The notes beneath the pieces are model-generated. The model ran no database searches. It was not told where the DNA came from and worked only from the letters and a program-made list of their open reading frames with translations. Source: a virus (lineage: Duplodnaviria > Caudoviricetes). Taken from it: a DNA stretch of 57,893 nt. Shown piece by piece: positions 1 to 7,204 of the stretch. A program made the translations under genes and the position numbers. Position 1 is the first letter of the stretch. Each line of letters starts with the position of its first letter. The stretch spans positions 1 through 57,893 of IMG/VR virus record IMGVR_UViG_3300025168_000100. The stretch is one strand, 5' to 3'.

Positions 1-489
1 CAATTTTTTACAATGCGATGAAGTTCTAAAAGGGCTGAACATCGAAGCGGTTAAAACCCTACAGAAAACCACTAACAAAAGTGAACGTGAAGTATTTGAC
101 ATGAAGATACAGCTATCAAAATTGATAGGTAAATCTATAGAGTGGTATAACTCACCCGAAGGAAAAGTACAACGTGAACTAAGCGAAATAACGTGGAACG
201 TATCAGATATGGCGAAGGAAGTTTACAATCTAGGTAAGACTCAACTATATACTTACAACAAAGTATGCAAGGCGCTGAACGAAAACAAAGACATACTCAA
301 GGAGTATACCACCTTTGTACGCAACGAAAAAAGAGCGGGTGAAAGCGAGGTGTATTCGCTTAAGGGATTCATTAGATACGTTGCTGAAGAAACTGCGGCG
401 CATAGTGACGATGATAAGCCCGAGATATTGATACGCTTTGCAATGGGCAAAGGCAAGGACGCCATAAAGTTCAGCGTGCTAGATAATAG
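1..489. repeat. Terminal direct repeat / circular overlap, left copy (matches 57405-57893)
   Basis: Direct comparison shows the same sequence at offset 57404 with about 16 substitutions and no indels seen. Confidence 0.97.
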
Positions 490-628
490 TGAGGTGCAAC
501 TACACGGCAACGCACAGTTTGACGTAGAGAATGCGCTATTGGATGCCCTTGAAAAGCTGACGGGTAAGGCGTACTCTGAAACAGAAGCAACGATTGAGGA
601 AGTAAAGGAGGAACTAGAACTAGCGTAA
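1..628 (+). CDS. Early hypothetical protein, 5'-partial here (full ORF about 210 aa, ATG at 57400 in the right-hand copy)
   Basis: The frame is open from position 2. The right copy reads ATG AGC AAT TTT... into the same frame, and differences between copies are nearly all synonymous. Confidence 0.9.
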   Translation, partial: NFLQCDEVLKGLNIEAVKTLQKTTNKSEREVFDMKIQLSKLIGKSIEWYNSPEGKVQRELSEITWNVSDMAKEVYNLGKTQLYTYNKVCKALNENKDILKEYTTFVRNEKRAGESEVYSLKGFIRYVAEETAAHSDDDKPEILIRFAMGKGKDAIKFSVLDNSEVQLHGNAQFDVENALLDALEKLTGKAYSETEATIEEVKEELELA

Positions 629-629
629 A

Positions 630-673
630 AAGTAGGAAGGTCTTAAGTAGGGGTTCGATTCCCCTACCTACTT
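630..673 (+). ncRNA. tRNA-like minihelix element E1 (T-arm + acceptor-like stem)
   Basis: GTAGGGG-TTCGATT-CCCCTAC hairpin (647-667) with a canonical T-loop, stacked on AAGTAG(630-635)/CTACTT(668-673). No anticodon arm. Confidence 0.6.
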
Positions 674-694
674 CAAAATTAAATCCCTAACCCC

Positions 695-725
695 TTGCAT
701 TTAGACAAGAATTAGACTATCTTTA
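695..725 (+). promoter_or_regulatory. Bacteroidota-type early promoter
   Basis: TTG(695-697)-20 nt-TATCTTTA(718-725); ATG follows 4 nt later. Confidence 0.65.
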
Positions 726-729
726 TACC

Positions 730-933
730 ATGAGAACAATATACAAAAAAGAGGATAGAGCATATCCAAACATAGTCAAGTCAGACTACACCGATGAGCA
801 ACTAGAGAATATGTATCTCGATTACTTCAACAATTTTCTAAGCGTTGAAAGGTGGTGCAAATACTACTCGATTCCCCTTGCTGAGGGTAGGAACGTCATC
901 AATAGAGGCCGAGCAATCAACCATAAAAATTAA
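730..933 (+). CDS. Early hypothetical protein
   Basis: 67 aa ORF directly after the promoter. Confidence 0.75.
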   Translation: MRTIYKKEDRAYPNIVKSDYTDEQLENMYLDYFNNFLSVERWCKYYSIPLAEGRNVINRGRAINHKN

Positions 934-944
934 ATTAATATATC

Positions 945-1097
945 ATGAAAAATCTTTTATCAACTTTACTTTTATTAGCCGTAATAGCTATGTGTTTCAC
1001 TTCATGCAGTAGCAGTAACTCAACTGCGTGTTACGAGCGTGATGGTAACGGAAACATTAACAAGGTGCGTCACCCTCAGTGTGTACAACATTGGTAG
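945..1097 (+). CDS. Small lipoprotein (50 aa; absent from the ORF track)
   Basis: Hand translation MKNLLSTLLLLAVIAMCFTSCSSSNSTACYERDGNGNINKVRHPQCVQHW: basic N-terminus, hydrophobic h-region, lipobox-like FTS-C. Confidence 0.75.
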   Translation: MKNLLSTLLLLAVIAMCFTSCSSSNSTACYERDGNGNINKVRHPQCVQHW

Positions 1098-1114
1098 TTC
1101 ACCGACTGAACTAC
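1094..1114. promoter_or_regulatory. GTTCA-N5-TGAAC palindrome (copy 4 of 5 in genome order)
   Basis: GTAGTTCA-ccgac-TGAACTAC, perfect 8-bp arms; overlaps the TAG of the lipoprotein gene. Confidence 0.75.
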
Positions 1115-1137
1115 AATTAAATCTAAATCTTTTAATC

Positions 1138-1413
1138 ATGAAGTATCAAGTACAAAATTTTATTAGCAATAGCGGAAACCCCGTAGCCAATCAATTCAAA
1201 ATCCGCACACCTCGTGCGGTCTTATTCCAATCTTATCGCAGTATCATAGCGAAGAAAGATACACGGACGGGCAAAGTAACCCTAGATAAATACTATTGGG
1301 ATTACTCGACTACGACAGGTAAATACCGCAACCAATTTTTAGGTGAGGGGATAGCTGAAACGAGGGATAGAATCAAGAGTGGTGAGTACACACTTAAAAA
1401 TTTGAACTCATGA
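1138..1413 (+). CDS. Conserved-looking phage early protein (start moved to ATG 1138)
   Basis: MKYQVQNFISNSGNPVANQF...WDYSTTTGKYRNQFLGE; AT-rich leader before 1138. Confidence 0.8.
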   Translation: MKYQVQNFISNSGNPVANQFKIRTPRAVLFQSYRSIIAKKDTRTGKVTLDKYYWDYSTTTGKYRNQFLGEGIAETRDRIKSGEYTLKNLNS

Positions 1414-1625
1414 CAGTAAAAATGAAAGAGATGCGACTCGAGGACTTCGGCGCATGGTCAGGGGCAATAGATACCCAAGAACTTATACTAGGCGAGAGAA
1501 AGGAAAGGCATTTTGAATCCTTGATAGAGGATTTATATCCCGACGGACTAACGGCAACAGAACTTAATGATATCCTATGGTTTGAAACCGATTGGATATG
1601 TGAATGTTTAAGAATACGATTATGA
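1410..1625 (+). CDS. Acidic early hypothetical protein
   Basis: ATGA overlap with the upstream gene; motif FGAWSGA...TELNDILWFE. Confidence 0.75.
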   Translation: MTVKMKEMRLEDFGAWSGAIDTQELILGERKERHFESLIEDLYPDGLTATELNDILWFETDWICECLRIRL

Positions 1626-1753
1626 AAGAGCAGATAAAAAAAGTACTTGAGTACGCTAAAGACCTTCAGCACGCACAAGATGATGAGAGTTACCTAAGTG
1701 ATGGCGAGGTATTAGACATAGTAATTGAACATTTAGAACGTATACTAAAATGA
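1622..1753 (+). CDS. Small hypothetical protein (43 aa; absent from the ORF track)
   Basis: MKEQIKKVLEYAKDLQ...HLERILK fills the gap with ATGA overlaps at both ends. Confidence 0.7.
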   Translation: MKEQIKKVLEYAKDLQHAQDDESYLSDGEVLDIVIEHLERILK

Positions 1754-1980
1754 AAACTATAGAAACAAAGCACGATGGGTGGGATTGTAACCCTCATGTA
1801 AAACGTATAGCTAGAACTATACAATCCTTTAACACATTAAAATATGAGATAGATTCTTGTTGCAGAACGTCAAGCATGAGGGATATCCATGATGATATAC
1901 TATTCTTATCCGAAGAATTGAAGGCGATATCGAATTGCCTTGACGTTAATGTAGAATATAAAACTCTTGATGATGAGTAA
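1750..1980 (+). CDS. Hypothetical protein
   Basis: 76 aa ORF, translationally coupled. Confidence 0.7.
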   Translation: MKTIETKHDGWDCNPHVKRIARTIQSFNTLKYEIDSCCRTSSMRDIHDDILFLSEELKAISNCLDVNVEYKTLDDE

Positions 1981-2260
1981 TAATAAACTAATAGCAGAAT
2001 TTATGGGGTGGGATATTGAATCCCCAACCACACTACCAAGCAACCTACATCTTTCTAACTTAGAGTTAGATAACAACGAGGTTTTGGAATACAAGTACCA
2101 CACCTCATGGGATTGGTTGATGCCTGTAATAGAATCAATTGACCACCTACAATACGAACTCGTACAAGGCATTGAAGATGCATTAGCTACGAGGCACATA
2201 GGAGATACTTACCAAGCAGTAGTAGAATTTATTAAAGCATATAACAATGAAAGACAATAA
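1967..2260 (+). CDS. NKLIxEFMG/SWDWLMPV family protein, paralog 1 (possibly ABA-sandwich-like)
   Basis: Shares three conserved blocks with the next gene. Confidence 0.75.
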   Translation: MMMSNNKLIAEFMGWDIESPTTLPSNLHLSNLELDNNEVLEYKYHTSWDWLMPVIESIDHLQYELVQGIEDALATRHIGDTYQAVVEFIKAYNNERQ

Positions 2261-2531
2261 ACTAATATCAGAATTTATGGGTGCAGGGTGCGATAAAAGG
2301 ACATTCTTCTTTGAAGGGAAGAAAGTGTACTTCTACGACACATCATGGGATTGGCTAATGCCCGTAGTACAGAAGGTAGAAAGTTTAGGATATGTGTTCA
2401 CTATACAAGGTGGTAAAGCTGAGTACGGAGAGATGATAAGTGAAACTCGATGCTTCATAGCAGAGGACAAGCTATCATCTACATACCAAGCAGTAGTAGA
2501 ATTTATTAAAGAGAATAATCAAATCAAATAG
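2247..2531 (+). CDS. NKLIxEFMG/SWDWLMPV family protein, paralog 2
   Basis: Tandem paralog; 28-nt identical block 2210-2237 = 2484-2511. Confidence 0.75.
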   Translation: MKDNKLISEFMGAGCDKRTFFFEGKKVYFYDTSWDWLMPVVQKVESLGYVFTIQGGKAEYGEMISETRCFIAEDKLSSTYQAVVEFIKENNQIK

Positions 2532-2533
2532 AC

Positions 2534-2872
2534 ATGGGATTTTTTAGTTGGAAAACACAAGATACAGACAAGAGTATAGCGAACAACTACTCTGACCGCT
2601 CGACCTTTAAGGTTGTAATGGTCGATGACAAAGGAAACAAGTACATCGAGAAAGATTACGAAGGGTACGGAGTGTTCGGAGGTAAGGACTTCTACGAACT
2701 ACTAGACGAAATGAATGGGGGTAAAGGAAATAGGCTTTCAGGGATAGACCTTGCTTGTAATAAGGAAGGAAAGAAGTTTATTTCTCCTAGTCTTAGTCAA
2801 GCAGGATTGTATTACGATGGAGAGACACCTCAAGATTGTGATGCACAAGGATATTTTTACGATGATGAATAA
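2534..2872 (+). CDS. Hypothetical protein (MGFFSW...YEGYGVFGGKDFYELL)
   Basis: 112 aa ORF in operon context. Confidence 0.8.
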   Translation: MGFFSWKTQDTDKSIANNYSDRSTFKVVMVDDKGNKYIEKDYEGYGVFGGKDFYELLDEMNGGKGNRLSGIDLACNKEGKKFISPSLSQAGLYYDGETPQDCDAQGYFYDDE

Positions 2873-2893
2873 AGAAATAAAAAGCAAGGTCTC

Positions 2894-2925
2894 TTGACTT
2901 TAGTCTAAGGTTGGACGTATATTGC
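2894..2925 (+). promoter_or_regulatory. Early promoter
   Basis: TTG-21 nt-TATATTGC; 2918-2940 matches 56418-56440 at 22 of 23 nt. Confidence 0.65.
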
Positions 2926-2949
2926 ACCATTATTAAACAATTAAATGAA

Positions 2950-3186
2950 ATGAAAAACTATATCTCAAACAATTTAGCACTCATTATATGTACCATCTTT
3001 AGTGGAGCAATGGTGGTTACAATATCGGGAGCAGTTTACTCTCTACTATGGAAAAACTTCCAATCACCTCAACAATTGTTCGCTCTCGATTATTTAGCCA
3101 TAGGTTTTATATGGACTATAGTAACGGGCATTGCTATCATGTGCCTTTATCTTATCGTTCAAAACTACCGAGATGAAGCGGAGTAA
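2950..3186 (+). CDS. Two-TM membrane protein
   Basis: Two hydrophobic segments; ATG 2950 lies after the promoter. Confidence 0.7.
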   Translation: MKNYISNNLALIICTIFSGAMVVTISGAVYSLLWKNFQSPQQLFALDYLAIGFIWTIVTGIAIMCLYLIVQNYRDEAE

Positions 3187-3448
3187 AGAGATACAAAGAA
3201 TATCCGAAGTTCTTAACGAACATAAGATATGGGATAAAGTTGCCGACGCTTTAGGCAAGACTCTTAATCACCGAGAGATAGACTTCTTCCACGACATAGA
3301 GGAATATATATTGGAGGGAATGGACGAAGCTACCGCACCTTATATGTGCAGTTGGTGTGATGACGTTGAGGTAGAAAGCTACAACGCCCCTTGCTCAAGG
3401 TCGTGTAGAGACAACTACTATGACGACAACTTTAGAGAAAAGATATAG
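3173..3448 (+). CDS. Hypothetical protein with C-terminal Cys cluster (CxxC...CxxxC)
   Basis: ATG 3173; CSWC...PCSRSC suggests a Zn finger. Confidence 0.7.
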   Translation: MKRSKEIQRISEVLNEHKIWDKVADALGKTLNHREIDFFHDIEEYILEGMDEATAPYMCSWCDDVEVESYNAPCSRSCRDNYYDDNFREKI

Positions 3449-3521
3449 CTGAAACGGAGCGCACGTTTAATAATTCTAAACAGGTACTAACGTGCTAGGG
3501 GTTCGAGCCCCCTATATATCT
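3441..3521 (+). ncRNA. tRNA-like four-way element E2
   Basis: AGATATA/TATATCT acceptor-like stem; GCT-gaaacgg-AGC D-like arm; GCACGTT/AACGTGC stem with a 21-nt loop; TAGGGG-TTCGAGC-CCCCTA T-arm. Confidence 0.65.
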
Positions 3522-3544
3522 CTAACATTTTATTACAAGAAACG

Positions 3545-3742
3545 ATGATTAACACCACAAAAGAATGGGATTTTATGGACAAGAAAATTAACAACACACC
3601 TTCCGTTGATGCGCTTATGAAAATGCTAGACGCACAACGTGATACCATAGATAGACTTCGTGAAAACTACGACGAGTTATCTAAGAAGTACACCAACCTA
3701 TACGATGAGAACGAGCGTATGCACAACAAGCTGAAGCTATGA
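3545..3742 (+). CDS. Coiled-coil hypothetical protein
   Basis: Heptad pattern in the C-terminal half. Confidence 0.7.
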   Translation: MINTTKEWDFMDKKINNTPSVDALMKMLDAQRDTIDRLRENYDELSKKYTNLYDENERMHNKLKL

Positions 3743-4029
3743 CTAGAGAAGAATTAAAGAATCAACTTAGTAAATCTTTAGGAGATAGGTATATAGATGG
3801 AGGTGGGCTAACATCTCCCGACCCCCCTATCACTGACGACATGATTGAATTGCAGAGCATAGGCAGTGTACTAGATACACATGAGCGCATGTGCTATGCA
3901 GTCATGAAAGACGGAGAGCGCTACGATATACATAGTGGAGTACATGTACATGACCTTGACATGTATGAACTATACGACAATGATATCAGTGAGCAAGACT
4001 TGGATATCATTACGCAGTTCACCGAGTGA
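3739..4029 (+). CDS. Acidic hypothetical protein
   Basis: ATGA overlap; 96 aa. Confidence 0.7.
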   Translation: MTREELKNQLSKSLGDRYIDGGGLTSPDPPITDDMIELQSIGSVLDTHERMCYAVMKDGERYDIHSGVHVHDLDMYELYDNDISEQDLDIITQFTE

Positions 4030-4033
4030 ACTG
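4015..4033. promoter_or_regulatory. GTTCA-N5-TGAAC palindrome (copy 5)
   Basis: CAGTTCAC-cga-GTGAACTG, perfect 8-bp arms; contains the TGA stop of the upstream gene. Confidence 0.75.
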
Positions 4034-4062
4034 AAAGACAAAACCACTAGGAAACCACCGCT

Positions 4063-4082
4063 GACAAAATTATATTTGTCTA
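4063..4082 (+). promoter_or_regulatory. -7 promoter box TATATTTG inside a GACAAA/TTTGTC inverted repeat
   Basis: TATATTTG at 4071-4078; no consensus -33 seen. Confidence 0.55.
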
Positions 4083-4097
4083 ATAAATAATTAAATC

Positions 4098-4319
4098 ATG
4101 AATAAAAATAAAACTTTAGAGGGCTGCCGCAAGATGGCTAAGACGTTAATGACTTCCGATAAGTCGGGAGAAAGAAGAGAGGGCTTGGGCATGATGCGAG
4201 TGATAAGTATGTTGGAAACAGAAGAACGCAACGCTTATCATGGGCGATGGCTTAACTCTAAGAACACCACCGTAGTGAACGGATATCTGTATGCTAAAGT
4301 AAATGATATACCGTCATGA
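4098..4319 (+). CDS. Hypothetical protein
   Basis: 73 aa ORF after an AT-rich leader. Confidence 0.7.
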   Translation: MNKNKTLEGCRKMAKTLMTSDKSGERREGLGMMRVISMLETEERNAYHGRWLNSKNTTVVNGYLYAKVNDIPS

Positions 4320-4603
4320 ATAGTAAAGAGCAGATAAAAGAAACGTGCCGCAAGGTGTACGAACTATTAGCAGAAAAGAATGATGCGTATGGAAACTCAG
4401 CGTTAGAGCCTATCAATATATTTTCTAAGGGCAACGCCTCAGAATCTTTATGCGCAAGGATAGACGACAAACTATCACGAATTAAAAACAGGGGATTGGG
4501 CGACGCCACCGAAGATACCCTATTCGATTTATGTGGCTATTTAATTTTATTACTAATTGCAAATGAGCAAGACAAAACAAAAACTCCTACCACAAACAAA
4601 TGA
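4316..4603 (+). CDS. Nucleotide-modification-associated domain 1 (DUF1599-like) protein
   Basis: KNDAYGNS...RIDDKLSRI...EDTLFDLCGYLIL motif pattern. Confidence 0.8.
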   Translation: MNSKEQIKETCRKVYELLAEKNDAYGNSALEPINIFSKGNASESLCARIDDKLSRIKNRGLGDATEDTLFDLCGYLILLLIANEQDKTKTPTTNK

Positions 4604-4763
4604 TGGAGACAAGCATCTTGATGATGCGTACCACTATGACAAGTACAATGTCAATAGAGAAAGATTGTGTCACACCGCTACCTCAAGCATTATCTATGAT
4701 ATCTTTCAAGATATCGCTGATATAAATTGTGGTAAGAGAAAATTTACAACAGATGAAAGTTAA
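4563..4763 (+). CDS. Hypothetical protein
   Basis: Fills the gap between neighbours; start uncertain. Confidence 0.5.
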   Translation: MSKTKQKLLPQTNDGDKHLDDAYHYDKYNVNRERLCHTATSSIIYDIFQDIADINCGKRKFTTDES

Positions 4764-5070
4764 AATTTTTAATCAGTATGCTACTAAAGTAGCCAAGTTG
4801 TTTGATATTAGTGAAGAAGAACTCTTTACTAAATCTAAACGTAGAGATATAGTAGACGCTAGACAATTACTTTACTATGCGTGTCATAAAAGACCTATGC
4901 CTATTGTATATATCCAAGCTTACTTATTAAAGAGAGGGTATAAGATAGGGCATACGAGTATACTCCATGGTATAAATGCAGTAGACAACCGCATAGTAAA
5001 TGACTCTGACTACACAGGAATTCTTCAGAAGATACACGCGCCTAAATCAAAAGATAATGTACACTCTTGA
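4753..5070 (+). CDS. Stand-alone DnaA domain IV (Bac_DnaA_C)-like DNA-binding protein 1
   Basis: FDISEEELFTKSKRRDIVDARQLLYY...GHTSILHG resembles DnaA C-terminal HTH motifs. Confidence 0.8.
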   Translation: MKVKIFNQYATKVAKLFDISEEELFTKSKRRDIVDARQLLYYACHKRPMPIVYIQAYLLKRGYKIGHTSILHGINAVDNRIVNDSDYTGILQKIHAPKSKDNVHS

Positions 5071-5470
5071 TGAAGTATTTAATCAAGCCTTAGCAGACAG
5101 GTTTGCAGGTAACGTAAATGGCGTGGGCTATGAGGCTAGAATAAATCACGGAACTAAAATTTCAAAGGACGAAGAGACCGGAGAGATAGAGTTATTTAAT
5201 ATCAGCAAAGGTGGTGGTTACTATCTGAAACTCATGGGGTTAGAGATAGAAAGTTTCTTAGAGGGTGGTTGGAGACACGGAACTTATGTGTTATCTTTGT
5301 CTAACAATCGTTCAAGGCTTGACTCTATCGAGCGCTCTATCAGAAGGGAAGTCAATGGCTCAAACAATCCCGCCACACTTCGAGGACTACAAAAGCGCAG
5401 GGTTCAAGCTTTAGAAAGATATTCTTTTTTTAATCAACTAATAAAACAATCTAAAAATGGCGCAGACTAA
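5057..5470 (+). CDS. Hypothetical protein
   Basis: ATG 5057; coupled to its neighbours. Confidence 0.7.
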   Translation: MYTLDEVFNQALADRFAGNVNGVGYEARINHGTKISKDEETGEIELFNISKGGGYYLKLMGLEIESFLEGGWRHGTYVLSLSNNRSRLDSIERSIRREVNGSNNPATLRGLQKRRVQALERYSFFNQLIKQSKNGAD

Positions 5471-6086
5471 ATCTGTATTTGAAACATTGAGTGCTATCAA
5501 TGTAAACGACAAAGTAGAAAAAAAATCTAACCTTACTTATCTATCATGGGCATGGGCTTGGGCAGAAGTCAAGAAGGCTTACCCCGACGCTACCTATGAG
5601 GTTATTAAAGACCCTCAGACTGACAAGCCATGGTTCTTTGACCCTTCACTTGGGTATATGACTATGACTAAAGTAACTATCAAGAATCAATCTCTTGAGA
5701 TGTGGTTGCCTGTAATGGACGGAGCGAATAAAGCTATGCTTGACAAGCCTCGTAAGTTTACTACTCGCTACGGAGAGAAGTCTGTTGATGCTGCGTCTAT
5801 GTTTGATATAAACAAGACTATCATGCGTTGCTTAACAAAGAACCTCGCTATGTTTGGGTTAGGGCATTACCTCTATGCGGGTGAAGACTTTCCTGAAGTA
5901 AAGCCTGAGGTTGTTGAGCCTAAAGTATTAAAGGTAGGTGATGACAATTGGGTAAACATCTTAAAGTATATGGCTCAGAACAAAGAGCTTGGCTTAGAGA
6001 AAATTGTAGAGCAACTTAACAGTCGTAACTATAAGGTAACTCCTTCTGTTAAGAAGGCTCTTACCAAAGTTATAGCTAAGTCATGA
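5457..6086 (+). CDS. Single-strand annealing recombinase (DUF1071 / Sak-type, Rad52-like)
   Basis: VNDKVEKKSNLTYLSWAWAW...INKTIMRCLTKNLAMFGLGHYLYAGEDFP. Confidence 0.88.
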   Translation: MAQTKSVFETLSAINVNDKVEKKSNLTYLSWAWAWAEVKKAYPDATYEVIKDPQTDKPWFFDPSLGYMTMTKVTIKNQSLEMWLPVMDGANKAMLDKPRKFTTRYGEKSVDAASMFDINKTIMRCLTKNLAMFGLGHYLYAGEDFPEVKPEVVEPKVLKVGDDNWVNILKYMAQNKELGLEKIVEQLNSRNYKVTPSVKKALTKVIAKS

Positions 6087-6817
6087 GTGAGGATATCATC
6101 TTAAAGCTAAGGGATGATGAGCATTACTATGGAGATTTTGGAAAGCAGTTTCTTTCTAACTCAGACATAGGTGCATTGCTCAAGAACCCTACATCTTTTA
6201 AGGAAAGGATACCTGACAACGCGGCCTTCGCTAAGGGCAGATACTTTCATCACCTCATCCTTGAGCCTGAGAAGGCAAAGGAGTGGAGCTTTGTAAGTGT
6301 AGCCTCTCGCAATACTAAAGCATACAAGGAGTATTGTGCGGAGAACGACGTGCCTTTTGCGTTGCTTGAGAAAGAACGTGACGAGGTAGAGTCGTTGGTA
6401 CACACCATGCTTTCTAACTTCCAATTCTTTGAGGATATCAGAGATGGAGGATGTGAGTATGAAGTGCCGGCAGTTGCTACCATACAAGGTGAGAGATGGA
6501 AAGGGAAGGCAGACATAGTACATCCGGAAATGATTATTGATTTGAAAACCACTTCTGATATATATAGTTTTAAGTGGAGCGCAAAGAAATACAACTATGA
6601 CAGTCAAGCTTATCTGTATCAACAGATGTTTGGTAAGCCATTGGTGTTCTATGTGGTATGTAAAACCACAGGGTTACTTGGAGTGTTTGAACCTTCACCT
6701 GAATTTTTAGAGGGAGGAGAAAACAAGGTGGCTCAGGCTATTGAAGTGTATCGTAAGTTCTATGGACAATCTCCATCAGAAGATATAGATGCCTATTTTA
6801 TTAACGAAATTTTATAA
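6083..6817 (+). CDS. RecE/exonuclease VIII-like PD-(D/E)XK exonuclease (DUF3799-like)
   Basis: LSNSDI, KGKADIV, IIDLKTT and YNYDSQAYLY motifs; adjacent to the SSAP. Confidence 0.85.
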   Translation: MSEDIILKLRDDEHYYGDFGKQFLSNSDIGALLKNPTSFKERIPDNAAFAKGRYFHHLILEPEKAKEWSFVSVASRNTKAYKEYCAENDVPFALLEKERDEVESLVHTMLSNFQFFEDIRDGGCEYEVPAVATIQGERWKGKADIVHPEMIIDLKTTSDIYSFKWSAKKYNYDSQAYLYQQMFGKPLVFYVVCKTTGLLGVFEPSPEFLEGGENKVAQAIEVYRKFYGQSPSEDIDAYFINEIL

Positions 6818-6853
6818 CGTGTCATCAGACACATAACCTTTAATATTTTTCAT

Positions 6854-7141
6854 ATGGAAAAAAGAGAAAAGATTTTCCCTGACGGGATTATTTGTAAGCC
6901 AAAAAATAATGGCGCACCTGACTTTGTATTGTGCAAGATGTCTTTTAATGTAGAGCAAGCTATTGCTACACTAAAGACACACTCAAAGAAAGGATGGGTA
7001 AACATGGACATGCTTATGTCTAAGGAGGGGAAGCCTTACTTAGAGATAGATACATGGGAGCCTGACCCAACTAAAGCTTCAGCACCTAAAGCTGCACCGG
7101 AAGTTGTGTTAGAAGACGCGGGAGAAGACCTGCCCTTCTAG
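6854..7141 (+). CDS. Putative ssDNA-binding protein
   Basis: Small beta-rich protein with acidic tail ending EDLPF; located in the SSAP-exonuclease module. Confidence 0.65.
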   Translation: MEKREKIFPDGIICKPKNNGAPDFVLCKMSFNVEQAIATLKTHSKKGWVNMDMLMSKEGKPYLEIDTWEPDPTKASAPKAAPEVVLEDAGEDLPF

Positions 7142-7145
7142 TGTT

Positions 7146-7197
7146 GAGAAGAAGGGGGACGACCACGTTGAAAATATATAGTCCCCCTTCGTTTCTC
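7146..7197 (+). terminator. Long GC-rich stem-loop (terminator or processing site)
   Basis: GAAGGGGGAC(7151-7160)/GTCCCCCTTC(7181-7190), extended by GAGAA/TTCTC. Confidence 0.5.
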
Positions 7198-7204
7198 ACT
7201 TAAC

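Noticed and set aside
3441-3521. Functional or intron-containing tRNA gene
   Set aside because: No 7-nt anticodon loop, no spacer bases between acceptor and D stems, no variable loop, no CCA and no recognisable intron structure. Kept only as tRNA-like.
1094-4033. GTTCA palindromes as a CRISPR array or a known LexA box
   Set aside because: Spacing is irregular (hundreds to thousands of bp) with genes in between and no cas genes. The arrangement differs from the GAAC-N4-GTTC and GTTC-N7-GTTC boxes I know.
4316-4603. Hypermodified-base DNA pathway suggested by the DUF1599-like gene
   Set aside because: No accompanying polymerase, thymidylate synthase, kinase, glycosyltransferase or deazaguanine genes were recognised.
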